From the IMG/VR virus record IMGVR_UViG_3300042914_002167: a stretch of 64,000 nt of DNA; one strand, written 5' to 3'. The notes below the pieces were generated by a model. It searched no databases, was not told the origin of the DNA, and saw only the letters and a list, made by a program, of their open reading frames with translations. A program made the translations under genes and the position numbers. The DNA is from a virus. Below, in pieces: positions 45,642 to 55,043 of this stretch (the first letter of the stretch is position 1; every line of letters begins with the position of its first letter).

Positions 45642-47069
45642 ATGAACACTTTTGTTGACGCTGTTATGAATCAAGAAGCCCGCACTGAGAATGGAATGAA
45701 GGCGCGCAAGTCTACTTCCAATGCATGTGTGGATCTGTTTTTCAAGATCGGCGCATCTCGCGGCAAGAGCATCCTGAAGGAGTTCACGGCTGCATACGTT
45801 GAGAACAAGGACCTTGCACTGCGCATTGCACAGTGGGCGCGTGATGCGCGTGGTGGTTCTGGTGAGCGCCAGGTGTTTCGCGACATCTTGGCATATCTGG
45901 AAAAGAATGATCAAGAATCCGCAAAGGCTCTTTTGCCTAAGGTGCCTACTCTTGGGCGTTGGGATGACATCTTTGTCTTCCAAACTTCCGAGTTGAAGTC
46001 TGCTGCATACAGTATGCTTGGTGATGCACTGCGCGAGAAGAATGGTTTGGCTGCTAAGTGGACTCCTCGCCAAGGTCCAATCGCAGTTGAGATCCGCAAG
46101 TTCTTCGGCATGTCTCCGAAGTTCTATCGGAAGTCTCTTGTTGAGATGACTAAGGTCGTTGAGCAACAAATGTGTGCTAAGGAATGGGATGAGATCAACT
46201 TCTCTCATGTTCCTTCTGTTGCACATGCGCGATACAAGAAGGCTTTTGGGCGTAACACTCCTAAGTACGCTGAGTACGTGACTTCCCTTGTTAAGGGTGA
46301 CAACCCCGAAGTCAAGGTGAATGCAGGTGCAGTGTATCCTTACGATGTGTTGAAGGGTGCGATCTCTCCTTACAATAGAGTTCAGTTTGACAAGACTGGG
46401 CTTGATCTGATGACTAAGCAGTGGGAAGCACTGGAGAACTTCATCGGTGATGCAAGCGTGTTGCCTCTGGTTGACGTTAGCGGATCTATGACTATCCCTG
46501 TGGGTGGTCATGGTTCTAAGACTCAGTTGAATTGTCTGGAAGTTGCAGTCTCTTTGGGATTGTACTGTGCAGACAAGAACAAGGGTAAGTTCAAGGACAC
46601 GTTCTTGACTTTCTCTGAGCATCCAGAACTGATGCATCTGAAGGGCAACATCGTTCAGAAGATTGAGCAGATGAATTCCTCAGATTGGGGAATGAATACT
46701 GATCTGGTTTCAGCAATGAACCTGATCCTGATGACTGCTGTGAAGGGCAATGTTCCTCAAGAGGAAATGCCTGGAATGCTTCTGATCATGTCCGATATGC
46801 AGTTTGATCGATGCGCAAGTTTTGATGACTCCGCTATGGAGACAATCAAGCGCAAGTTCACTCAGAACGGATATGAAGTGCCTGCGATTGTGTTCTGGAA
46901 TATCAACTCAAAGGACAATGTTCCTGCGAAGTCTAATCAGAGCAAGGTTGCGATGGTATCTGGTTTCAGCCCAGCTATCATGAAGTCTGTTCTGAGTGCT
47001 GACACTGAAAAGTTCACACCAGAAGGCATCATGTTGAACACTGTGATGGTACCAAGGTACGATCTGTAA
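45642..47069 (+). CDS. DUF2828-family TROVE/Ro60-like protein with C-terminal vWA domain
   Basis: RTENG, ARDARGGSGER, GRWDD, AAKWTPR, VDVSGSM (MIDAS), SDMQFD, IVFWN, VSGFSP. Confidence 0.85.
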   Translation: MNTFVDAVMNQEARTENGMKARKSTSNACVDLFFKIGASRGKSILKEFTAAYVENKDLALRIAQWARDARGGSGERQVFRDILAYLEKNDQESAKALLPKVPTLGRWDDIFVFQTSELKSAAYSMLGDALREKNGLAAKWTPRQGPIAVEIRKFFGMSPKFYRKSLVEMTKVVEQQMCAKEWDEINFSHVPSVAHARYKKAFGRNTPKYAEYVTSLVKGDNPEVKVNAGAVYPYDVLKGAISPYNRVQFDKTGLDLMTKQWEALENFIGDASVLPLVDVSGSMTIPVGGHGSKTQLNCLEVAVSLGLYCADKNKGKFKDTFLTFSEHPELMHLKGNIVQKIEQMNSSDWGMNTDLVSAMNLILMTAVKGNVPQEEMPGMLLIMSDMQFDRCASFDDSAMETIKRKFTQNGYEVPAIVFWNINSKDNVPAKSNQSKVAMVSGFSPAIMKSVLSADTEKFTPEGIMLNTVMVPRYDL

Positions 47070-47701
47070 TGATCAAGACAGATGTTGAAGCGTGGCAGAA
47101 ATACCCGTTTCATAGAAGTTGGTTCAATAAATTGTGGGTAGCCGATACGTTCGGCTATCTATGTGGTCCCAATGCGGTGCCTGTGCCCGTAGAGGATAAC
47201 TACATCGTAAAGCCAATTTACAACTTACATGGAATGGGAGCAGGAGCCAAGATTAAGCATCTTCGCCCAGAAGATGTTGATCATGTTCCTCCTGGATATT
47301 TCTGGTGCGAAAGATTCATCGGTGATCATTACTCCATTGAACTTACATGGCGTAATGGTCATTGGAATGTAGTCTCTGTCTTTCAGGGATTCCATTCCAA
47401 TGAGCAAGAGTTGTTCAGATTTGTCAAATGGAAAAGAGTCTCACCTGAGATTCATCTTCCTAAGAAACTTGATGAACTGTGGGACTGTGGATCTATCAAT
47501 GTTGAAATGATAGACAACAAGATCATTGAAGTTCATCTCAGAGGTACTCCTGATCCAGTTGAGTACGATGAGTTGATACCAATTTGGAATGATACACCGG
47601 AATGTGTTGTCAACGAACTAAAAACCATGTATAATTTCATACATAGTGAAGACAAAGTTCTAAATTCGGAATTCTACAGAGTAGGATTCTTTGTAAAGTA
47701 A
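47069..47701 (+). CDS. ATP-grasp-like conserved phage protein
   Basis: IVKPIYNLHGMGAGA; FWCERFIGDHYS; INVEMI...IEVHLR. Confidence 0.6.
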   Translation: MIKTDVEAWQKYPFHRSWFNKLWVADTFGYLCGPNAVPVPVEDNYIVKPIYNLHGMGAGAKIKHLRPEDVDHVPPGYFWCERFIGDHYSIELTWRNGHWNVVSVFQGFHSNEQELFRFVKWKRVSPEIHLPKKLDELWDCGSINVEMIDNKIIEVHLRGTPDPVEYDELIPIWNDTPECVVNELKTMYNFIHSEDKVLNSEFYRVGFFVK

Positions 47702-47775
47702 GCGGGATTAGTTTATTGGTAAAACGAAACCTTGCCAAGGTTTAGTGACCAGTTCGATTCTGGTATCCCGCTCCA
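47702..47775 (+). tRNA. tRNA-Gly(GCC)
   Basis: Cloverleaf, CCA. Confidence 0.9.
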
Positions 47776-47783
47776 GTAACAAT

Positions 47784-47858
47784 GGTGGCTATGGTGTAAT
47801 GGAAGCACTCGACTCTGTGAAAGTCGTAGCCTGAGGTCGGTACTCAGTAGTCACCCCA
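47784..47858 (+). tRNA. tRNA-His(GTG)
   Basis: G-1, CTGTGAA loop, CCA. Confidence 0.8.
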
Positions 47859-47865
47859 ATTTAAT

Positions 47866-47941
47866 GCTGCTTTAGCTGATGTGGTCATAGCGGAGGCCTG
47901 AAGAGCCTTGGAACGTGGTTCGATCCCACGAGGCAGCACCA
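47866..47941 (+). tRNA. tRNA-Phe(GAA)
   Basis: Cloverleaf, CCA. Confidence 0.88.
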
Positions 47942-47949
47942 GAACAAAC

Positions 47950-48025
47950 ACGCCCTTGGTGAAACTGGAGATCACATAAGTCTACGAAATTTAAGTTGGG
48001 GATTCGAATTCCTCAGGGCGTACCA
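47950..48025 (+). tRNA. tRNA-Arg(ACG)
   Basis: CTACGAA loop, CCA. Confidence 0.8.
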
Positions 48026-48030
48026 TTATT

Positions 48031-48122
48031 GGCGCTGTGGCAGAGTCCGGTTTATTGCAGCAGTCTTGAAAACTGCCGATCCCGAAAGGGGTCCGTGAGT
48101 TCGAATCTCACCGGCGCCGCCA
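48031..48122 (+). tRNA. tRNA-Ser(TGA)
   Basis: Long variable arm, CCA. Confidence 0.92.
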
Positions 48123-48130
48123 GTAAGTAT

Positions 48131-48218
48131 AGTGAGTTGGATGAGTGGCTTAAATCGGCACCCTGCTAAGGTGTTGTTCGTAGAAATACGGACCGTGGGT
48201 TCGAATCCCACACTCACT
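48131..48218 (+). tRNA. tRNA-Ser(GCT)
   Basis: Long variable arm; CCA not fully encoded. Confidence 0.9.
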
Positions 48219-48263
48219 GCCGTCATTGACAAAGAAATGATCTTCTGATAAAATGTTTATGTT

Positions 48264-48340
48264 GCCCCGGTGATGGAACCGGTATACGTGTCGGATTCAA
48301 AATCCGAATTTTGAGGGTTCGAATCCCTCCTGGGGCACCA
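48264..48340 (+). tRNA. tRNA-Leu(CAA), short variable loop
   Basis: Cloverleaf, CCA. Confidence 0.85.
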
Positions 48341-48345
48341 GATGT

Positions 48346-48422
48346 GGGCTGATAGCTTAGTGTCCTAAAGCAGCGTTCTCATAAAGCGTTGATCCTGGGT
48401 TAGAATCCCAGTCAGCCTACCA
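48346..48422 (+). tRNA. tRNA-Ile2/Met(CAT)
   Basis: CTCATAA loop, CCA. Confidence 0.8.
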
Positions 48423-48424
48423 AC

Positions 48425-48521
48425 ACCTCTATAGTTTAATGGCAGAACACCCGGCTTATAATCGGTTAAATGGCTCCGCGACGGGGGCGTAGTGTAGGTT
48501 CGAATCCTACTAGAGGTACCA
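48425..48521 (+). tRNA. tRNA-Ile(TAT) with very long variable region
   Basis: CTTATAA loop; ~27-nt variable region; CCA. Confidence 0.7.
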
Positions 48522-48523
48522 AT

Positions 48524-48601
48524 GCACCGGTGGCAGAGTGGTCAAATGCAACGGATTGCAAATCCGTAAAGTCGTCAGTTCAAATCTGACCCGGTGCTCC
48601 A
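48524..48601 (+). tRNA. tRNA-Cys(GCA)
   Basis: U73, CCA. Confidence 0.92.
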
Positions 48602-48640
48602 CTCATTTTCATAAATACTTCCATTTGTAGAGGAAGTGTT

Positions 48641-49123
48641 ATGAACTATCAAGAAGTAAGAAGCATCGCTAAAGACGGCGATGTTCTCTTTTTCCATGTT
48701 GACAAGAGACGTTTCTTGTCTAGACTTGTTTCATGGTTTACTCAAAGCCCGCATACGCATGTGGGCTTTTTGTTTTGGTTCAAAGACAGATTGATGCTTC
48801 TGGACTCAGGAACAAAGGGTGGATCTAGAATCATTCTTGCATCCAAATACTTTGACAATACATTTGATCTTGTGCAAGCGCCTAGAGTGTGGAGCGATAT
48901 TGAAGAGAAGGCTTTAGCTAGATCAGGTTCTGCGCACTATGGATGGTTTAGCGCAGGATACATTGGGCTGAGGGAGTTCATGTTCACGCACTTTGGTATT
49001 CGTCTACCTGCCAATAAAAACAACAGAAACAAAGCGTGTTCGGAGTTCGTTGCGGAGATACTGGAACTTGAAGACGTTGACATTTCACCCGCCCTCTTGT
49101 ATAATCAACTCCAACATCGGTAA
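48641..49123 (+). CDS. Permuted papain-like (YiiX/YebB-type NlpC/P60) protein
   Basis: DGDVLFF, SPHTHVG, ACSEFVA, ISPALL; CATAAATA upstream. Confidence 0.75.
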   Translation: MNYQEVRSIAKDGDVLFFHVDKRRFLSRLVSWFTQSPHTHVGFLFWFKDRLMLLDSGTKGGSRIILASKYFDNTFDLVQAPRVWSDIEEKALARSGSAHYGWFSAGYIGLREFMFTHFGIRLPANKNNRNKACSEFVAEILELEDVDISPALLYNQLQHR

Positions 49124-49138
49124 CTATGGAGTTTTGTT

Positions 49139-49441
49139 ATGAGTGGTGGTCGTTTCAACTATGATCAAAACAGGATCGGATACATCGTAGATGAGATTGA
49201 GCAAATCATCGAACATTACAATCGTGATGATGAAGATGATTGGGGTGGAAAGTATCGCGAACGCTACACCAAAGAAGAGATCGCAAAGTTCAAAGAGGGT
49301 TGCTTCTTCTTAGAGAAGGCGCAAATATACGCACAACGAATTGACTGGCTACTGTCTGGAGATGACGGCACAGACTCATTCTTCCGTCGGCTTGAACATG
49401 ATCTAAATGAACTTGAGGAAATATATGCTAAAAGGGCTTGA
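49139..49441 (+). CDS. Hypothetical protein
   Basis: MSGGRFNY...IDWLLSGDDG. Confidence 0.7.
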   Translation: MSGGRFNYDQNRIGYIVDEIEQIIEHYNRDDEDDWGGKYRERYTKEEIAKFKEGCFFLEKAQIYAQRIDWLLSGDDGTDSFFRRLEHDLNELEEIYAKRA

Positions 49442-49627
49442 AATTGACTATGAGGTTGCTGACAAGATCACTGTTCTCAACCTAAAGGATGCGCGTGAGA
49501 CTTTGATCATTGAAAATAAGATGCTTGAGGCTCTTGAGCGAATGGAAGACTATCAGTTAGCCGATTTCGGATACAATCACAATCTGATCAATGCAATCGG
49601 CACTGTTCTTCATTACTACGGCGAAGA

Positions 49628-49999
49628 CTAAATTTCTAGACGATCTTCTTCTCTTCTCGTAAATTTTCTTTCTTTTCTACTCTTGATGTCATGGAATATC
49701 GTGTGAAAGAATAGAAAGACTACGATGGCGCAGAGATTGATGTTCACGATCATCTCACCGAAGTCGCCCATCATGAAGTGTGAAAACGGATGGTGTTGAC
49801 CAAAGACCCATTCAACAACTATAGTGGATGCAACAAAAAATGCACTCAAGCCAAGATACCAGATAGAGGTTGTTGCCCACTTTGGTAGAATTCTTGAGTG
49901 CATTGCTACGTAGAATCCACCTAAGAAGACGAAGATGTAGCAGAAGAAGTTTATGATGTTTGAGTATGCGGCGACGCTAAACATAAATTCCGATATCAT
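49628..49999 (-). CDS. Three-TM membrane protein (holin-associated?)
   Basis: Hydrophobic segments, basic C-tail; coupled to upstream minus-strand gene. Confidence 0.6.
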   Translation of the reverse strand: MISEFMFSVAAYSNIINFFCYIFVFLGGFYVAMHSRILPKWATTSIWYLGLSAFFVASTIVVEWVFGQHHPFSHFMMGDFGEMIVNINLCAIVVFLFFHTIFHDIKSRKERKFTRREEDRLEI

Positions 50000-50385
50000 G
50001 ATGATTCCTTGTCTTTTTCTATTACGATGACTACCTTTTGTTCTTCTTTATTCTTGTCTCCGCCACCTTTTACCTCTTTTACAACTTCTACGATGTCTTT
50101 GGTCTGATACTTGACTAAGAAGTTTGCTACCATACCAAGCACACCATAAGCAACAAAACCAACAATGAAACCAGCCATAGCTTGATTTTCCCAATTGGGA
50201 TTCATGTTGATCAGGTCTAGAAGTGGCGTCGAGAATACTATAGCTGATCCTACAGATACTCCACCTCTCATGAATGCTTCTCCGATAGACTTCGGCCGAA
50301 TGAATGTTAAAATTGCTGCACCACCTAAAAAGCCACCCACCATGGCTGCTATTTTTGCGCTGATGTAACTGATCGGTTCCGCCAT
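49996..50385 (-). CDS. Holin-like three-TM protein
   Basis: MAEP start, AGGAG RBS, CATAAATA on minus strand (50415-22), charged C-tail. Confidence 0.6.
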   Translation of the reverse strand: MAEPISYISAKIAAMVGGFLGGAAILTFIRPKSIGEAFMRGGVSVGSAIVFSTPLLDLINMNPNWENQAMAGFIVGFVAYGVLGMVANFLVKYQTKDIVEVVKEVKGGGDKNKEEQKVVIVIEKDKESS

Positions 50386-50782
50386 GTACAAATCTCCTGA
50401 CAATAAAATCAGTTTATTTATGATTGCCAGTTTTTGTATTCCACTTTGAAATGCATTGTTGTGAGAATGCAACATGTAAGAATAATGCTATATTTGTTGT
50501 AAGAATAAGACACAATGGACTTGACTTGAATGGTGATCCGTGATAGGATGTGTTCAATTGATCATTTTGATGCGAGAAAAATAATGGAAATTATAGCTGG
50601 AATCATTCTTGTTGGTCTTCCGATATGGTTGTTTGTTTTTTCATGGGTTATCACAAAGAGTTTGAGTGCACCGAAAAGCAATCCAAAAAAGGTTGAGTCT
50701 ACAGAGCCGCCCGAGGATGACACACCTAGTGAAAAAAAGCATTCCTCAAAAAACTATGAATGGATGTGACAGGAAGCCGGAA

Positions 50783-50856
50783 AGTTGCGGAAATACAACA
50801 ATAGTTGACTGATTTACTCAAGAATCTATTGACTTCTGGCATCACTGTGGTATTAT
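50783..50856 (+). promoter_or_regulatory. Repeated early-promoter cassette
   Basis: GTTG..CAAC hairpin; TTGACTTCTGGCATCACTGTGGTATTAT. Confidence 0.85.
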
Positions 50857-51542
50857 AGAGTCTGTTGATTGATGAGGTGAAAGAATGAACGAACGAATCA
50901 AAGAACTAATTCCCAGGCCATGGACATTTCCGTATCCCGACAGAGAAATGTATTCTAGAGAACAAATGGAACATCTCGCCAAGTTGATCATCAAAGAGTG
51001 CCTAGGTGATCTCAAAGAGCGTATCGCCCTACGATATCAAGGAAGCGAAAAAGACCGTGATATCGCCTACGGCATGGAGATCGTCTACATGGACATCGTT
51101 GACAAGTTTGGAGTTGAATGATGAACGAACGAATCAGTGAACTTGCCAAACAGGCCGGGGATTATGTAAATGAAGTTTATACTCCCCCAGTTAGAAGTAA
51201 AACTCCTGGTAAGATTTGGGAAGATGGGCATGTGGGTTGGCATACACAATTTAATCAGAAGTTCGCCGAGTTATTGATTCAGGAATGTGCTGCTGTGGCT
51301 TGGTGGGCAGAACAATACCATATGGGCGATGGTAAGCCAATATCTAAACAGATCACAGAACATTTCGGAGTTGAAGAATGACAAAAATTCAAAAGTTGAT
51401 GGTCGCCGAAGACTTGATTCGGGAACTTGGCTCTTACTGGATGTTTCAGAAGTCTTACACCGACGCTAGGCAGTTCTATGACATAGAAACCTCGCTAGAA
51501 ATGGCACTGGAACAACAGGATTTGCTGCCTCAGTACCTGGAA

Positions 51543-51616
51543 AGTTGCGAAAAAACAACAGTAACTGAGTAATTTACTCAACAATCTATTGACTCTTATG
51601 CCAACTGTGGTATTAT
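51543..51616 (+). promoter_or_regulatory. Repeated early-promoter cassette
   Basis: Same architecture. Confidence 0.8.
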
Positions 51617-51651
51617 AGAGTCTGTTCAGTGATTGATTGATTGGAGAAGAG

Positions 51652-52518
51652 ATGCCTCGCGGAGTTCCAAAAGCTGGTTTTCGTATGACTAAGAACCGTG
51701 ATGTTGCGCACTTTGTTGCTCCAGTTGCTACGGCTCCTGCTGCTGTCTCCAATGAGACTGAAGAGCAGATTCTTGCTCGGCTTGAGACTCGATTCTCCGC
51801 GATGGATCTGATGACTGAAGCAACCTGCTTTGGGTACAATCGGTCTCTGATCATCTCTGGTCCTGCTGGTCTTGGCAAGTCTTACGGAGTCATGAAGACT
51901 CTGGAAGCCGCAGAGAAGAAGGGCTACGTTCCGATCGTGATCAAGGGTTACATTCGCCCGACCGGTCTGTATAAGTTGCTCTACGAAAATCGCTTCAAGA
52001 AGTGCATTGTTGTGTTTGACGATGCTGACTCCATCTTTAGTGACGATGTGTGTCTGAACCTGCTGAAGGCTGCGTGTGACATGACGGAGACTCGCCGTCT
52101 GCACTGGCTGACAGAAACCAAGATGGAAGATGAAGACGGTGAGCGTCTGCCACGTAACTTTGAGTTTGAAGGCTCCATCATCTTCATTACCAACTACGAT
52201 TTTGATGACCTGATCGCCAAGGGTAACAAGCTGGCTCCTCACTTTGAAGCCCTGATCTCCCGGTCCCACTATCTTGATCTTGCTATGAAGACCAAGAAGG
52301 ACTACGTGGTGCGTATCAAGCAGGTCGTTTTCGGCAAGGGTATGCTCCGTCGTGATGGGTTCTCCGCAGCGGATGAGAAGGAAATCGTGTCCTTCGTTGA
52401 ATCCAACACCGACAAGTTGCGTGAGTTGTCTTTGCGAATGGTTGTCAAGTTGGCAGGTTTGTTCCGAATGAACCGGGCTTCCTGGAAGGAACTGGCGGCT
52501 GTGACTTGCATGAGGTGA
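51652..52518 (+). CDS. AAA+ ATPase (T4 NrdC.10-like)
   Basis: ISGPAGLGKS, VVFDDADS, IIFITN, EALISRS. Confidence 0.8.
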   Translation: MPRGVPKAGFRMTKNRDVAHFVAPVATAPAAVSNETEEQILARLETRFSAMDLMTEATCFGYNRSLIISGPAGLGKSYGVMKTLEAAEKKGYVPIVIKGYIRPTGLYKLLYENRFKKCIVVFDDADSIFSDDVCLNLLKAACDMTETRRLHWLTETKMEDEDGERLPRNFEFEGSIIFITNYDFDDLIAKGNKLAPHFEALISRSHYLDLAMKTKKDYVVRIKQVVFGKGMLRRDGFSAADEKEIVSFVESNTDKLRELSLRMVVKLAGLFRMNRASWKELAAVTCMR

Positions 52519-52538
52519 TAGGGAAGACGCTCTGGAAC

Positions 52539-52610
52539 GGTCCAGGAGCGTCTCCAGCACCTGGGTTGGTACTCTCCTATTGGTCTTACTGAAAAAAACG
52601 CTGGTGGACC
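52539..52610. repeat. Long inverted-repeat element, copy 2 (degenerate)
   Basis: GGTCCAGGAGCGT...ACGCTGGTGGACC with GGTACT centre. Confidence 0.7.
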
Positions 52611-52718
52611 CGGCAATTCTGTTGTTTTGATGCAACAAATACCCACAAAATTTAGTCAACAATAGGCACAGTACCAAAAAACCAGATACACTGGTTATGT
52701 TGAGTTGATAAGGTTGAT

Positions 52719-52979
52719 ATGACAAAAGTTTTCAAGCACTACTCCGATCCCGGTCATGGCTGGGTGGCAGTCAAGCGGGAACTGATTGAATCCCTGGGCT
52801 TGGCAGAAAAGATCACCGTCTATTCCTATGCGAAGGGTAAGACTGTGTATCTGGAAGAGGATTTGGACGCTCCTACCGTGCTGGATGCTCTCACCCGACT
52901 TGGTGTGAAGTGGAAGACTGTGACTATCATGCACGACAAAGGCACCCCGATTCGGTCGTATCCTCGGTTTGTTGCTTAA
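52719..52979 (+). CDS. Early hypothetical protein
   Basis: DPGHGW...VYLEED motif. Confidence 0.7.
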   Translation: MTKVFKHYSDPGHGWVAVKRELIESLGLAEKITVYSYAKGKTVYLEEDLDAPTVLDALTRLGVKWKTVTIMHDKGTPIRSYPRFVA

Positions 52980-53042
52980 AAACAACAATACTTGACTGAT
53001 TTACTCAAGAATGCTTGACTTCCACAACCACTGTGGTATTAT
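52970..53042 (+). promoter_or_regulatory. Repeated early-promoter cassette
   Basis: Same architecture. Confidence 0.8.
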
Positions 53043-53828
53043 AGAGTCTGTTGTTTGATGAGGTGATTGAGATGACGATTCTTGCTGTGATTCTTGTCGG
53101 TTTTACCGCCCTTGTGTTTGCCGGCTTTCTGGCTGGCGAGTCTGTAACTACCCTCGGTTGAAAGGTAACAAAATGACTATCAAGCGTTTTCCTGTGTCTC
53201 GCAAGTTCCGTGTGATCGTTGGTCCGGCTTGTTTCTACGCAACGGCGAAGCAAATTCGCTGGGGAGTCGGCGACTTAGGTCAGTGCAATGCAGCCGTTCA
53301 GAAGGCGCTTGATGCGCTTGAATTCACTCGGTCCGGTTCTGGCACGGCTGACCAATGTGCCGTCGGTATCGCCGGTACTTGGGAAGGTCTGAGCGTTCAA
53401 CTGACTGCGGCTTGATCATGATTCGCATAATTCTTGGTGTTCTGATTCTTTTCGGCGTTGGTGGCGGTGTTGACAACATGCCGCCTAACCCATCTTTGTC
53501 TTACATCTTGGCTGTCATCACCTTGGTTGTGATCGGTCTTGGTCTTGCCCTCTGGGGTGTAAAGGATATTCAAAAATGACTTATCTCGCAATGCCTTCGA
53601 TTTTCAATCGCAACAACTCTCAACAATTTCAGACTCTGAAAGAGGCTAAGAAGTTTCTTGATGAGAAGACTGAGTACACCATGAAGGCTGAAGAGTGGTG
53701 CATGATCGGAAAGATCATGAAAGTTGACGAAAATGGTCAACTAATTCCCGCGCTTGACATTTCGAAAATTTCCGTGTAACATATAGTCTCATCAGTAGTG
53801 ATTCGTTTGATCTAGAAAGGAAAATATC

Positions 53829-54284
53829 ATGAGTAAGCTGTCCCATCAAGCCAAGGTCTACAACATGCTTATGTCTGCCGGCGTTGGCAATCCCGTTGAA
53901 GTTGAGAAGTTGCTAGCCATTGAAGGTCTTCTGCCCTACAAGTTGTCTGCATATGTTCTGTATGCCAAGATTGACTACGGCGCGCAGATTCAGCCGATCC
54001 GCGAGGGTCGCAAGGTTGTTGCGTATCAAATGATGGGCGCTGGCACTGGCGTTCCTTCCCGAAAGACTGTAGCCACTCCTGTTGTGACTAAGGCAGTGAA
54101 GACTCCGAAGGTCGCAAAGACTCCTGTGAAGACTGTTCCTGTGATGACTGAATCTGAAATGAAGTCTGATCCCATCGTTCCTTCTTCCAAAAAGAAGATT
54201 GTTGATGTTCTTGACGAAATGGACACTAATGTTATTTCGTTTGAGGACCGCGCTTTTGCGGAAGAATTTGTACGAAGTCTATGA
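53829..54284 (+). CDS. Hypothetical protein (possible DNA-binding N-domain, Lys/Pro/Thr linker)
   Basis: AAGGA RBS; promoter upstream. Confidence 0.6.
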   Translation: MSKLSHQAKVYNMLMSAGVGNPVEVEKLLAIEGLLPYKLSAYVLYAKIDYGAQIQPIREGRKVVAYQMMGAGTGVPSRKTVATPVVTKAVKTPKVAKTPVKTVPVMTESEMKSDPIVPSSKKKIVDVLDEMDTNVISFEDRAFAEEFVRSL

Positions 54285-54536
54285 CCTAGAGAGAAGTTAT
54301 CATGTATGAAACGCTGAAGTATCATGTTCTAAAGGCTTGGTCGCTTGGCTTGTCTGGCGAAGAAGCGGTTCAATATGTCTGCGAATTCGCCAGTGTCAAG
54401 GCTTCAGATGTTTTAGAAACGATTGAGCGACTTTCTATGGAGATGTCTGAATGAATGTATTCTCTCTAATACCACAATCCGTAAGCACCGTGGAGTATGC
54501 TCTCCACGGATTTATTCTTTTTGTATTGATTATCCT

Positions 54537-55043
54537 ATGACAGTAAACATCAAAACCATATACCTAGATATGGACGGGGTCCTATGTGACTTTGACGCCA
54601 AATGGATTGAGATTTTTGCAGAAACACCAGCCGCTAGTCGGTCAAATAAAACAAAATCTCATCAATGGGACACATTTGTTCAGACTTCACAGTTTGAAGC
54701 ACTTTCACCATTTCCCGGATGGATTGATCTTCTGTCCGCAGTGAAGTCTTACAATGTCAACCTGGAGATTCTGAGTTCTAGCGGTGGGCAAAAGTATCAC
54801 ACCGAAGTCACTGCACAGAAGAAGAAGTGGCTCAAGGATCATGGCATTAACATTCCAGTGAACATTGTTCCTGGGCGTATGTTGAAGTCTAACTATGCAA
54901 CTGCTAATTCGCTCTTGATTGATGACACACCCGATGTTATAATGGGCTTTCATGAGGCGGGTGGATATGGTATTCTCTATGATTCCGCCGAACGCGCAAT
55001 CAATATGTTGAAGGGATTTTTCACAGATGAGCACCTTTACTAA
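54537..55043 (+). CDS. HAD-family 5'(3')-deoxyribonucleotidase
   Basis: YLDMDGVLCDF; ILSS; KKKWL; LLIDD. Confidence 0.85.
   Translation: MTVNIKTIYLDMDGVLCDFDAKWIEIFAETPAASRSNKTKSHQWDTFVQTSQFEALSPFPGWIDLLSAVKSYNVNLEILSSSGGQKYHTEVTAQKKKWLKDHGINIPVNIVPGRMLKSNYATANSLLIDDTPDVIMGFHEAGGYGILYDSAERAINMLKGFFTDEHLY

Noticed and set aside
45585-46637. 350-aa minus-strand ORF
   Set aside because: Antisense shadow of the DUF2828 gene; no motifs
51613-52725. 370-aa minus-strand ORF
   Set aside because: Antisense shadow of the AAA ATPase
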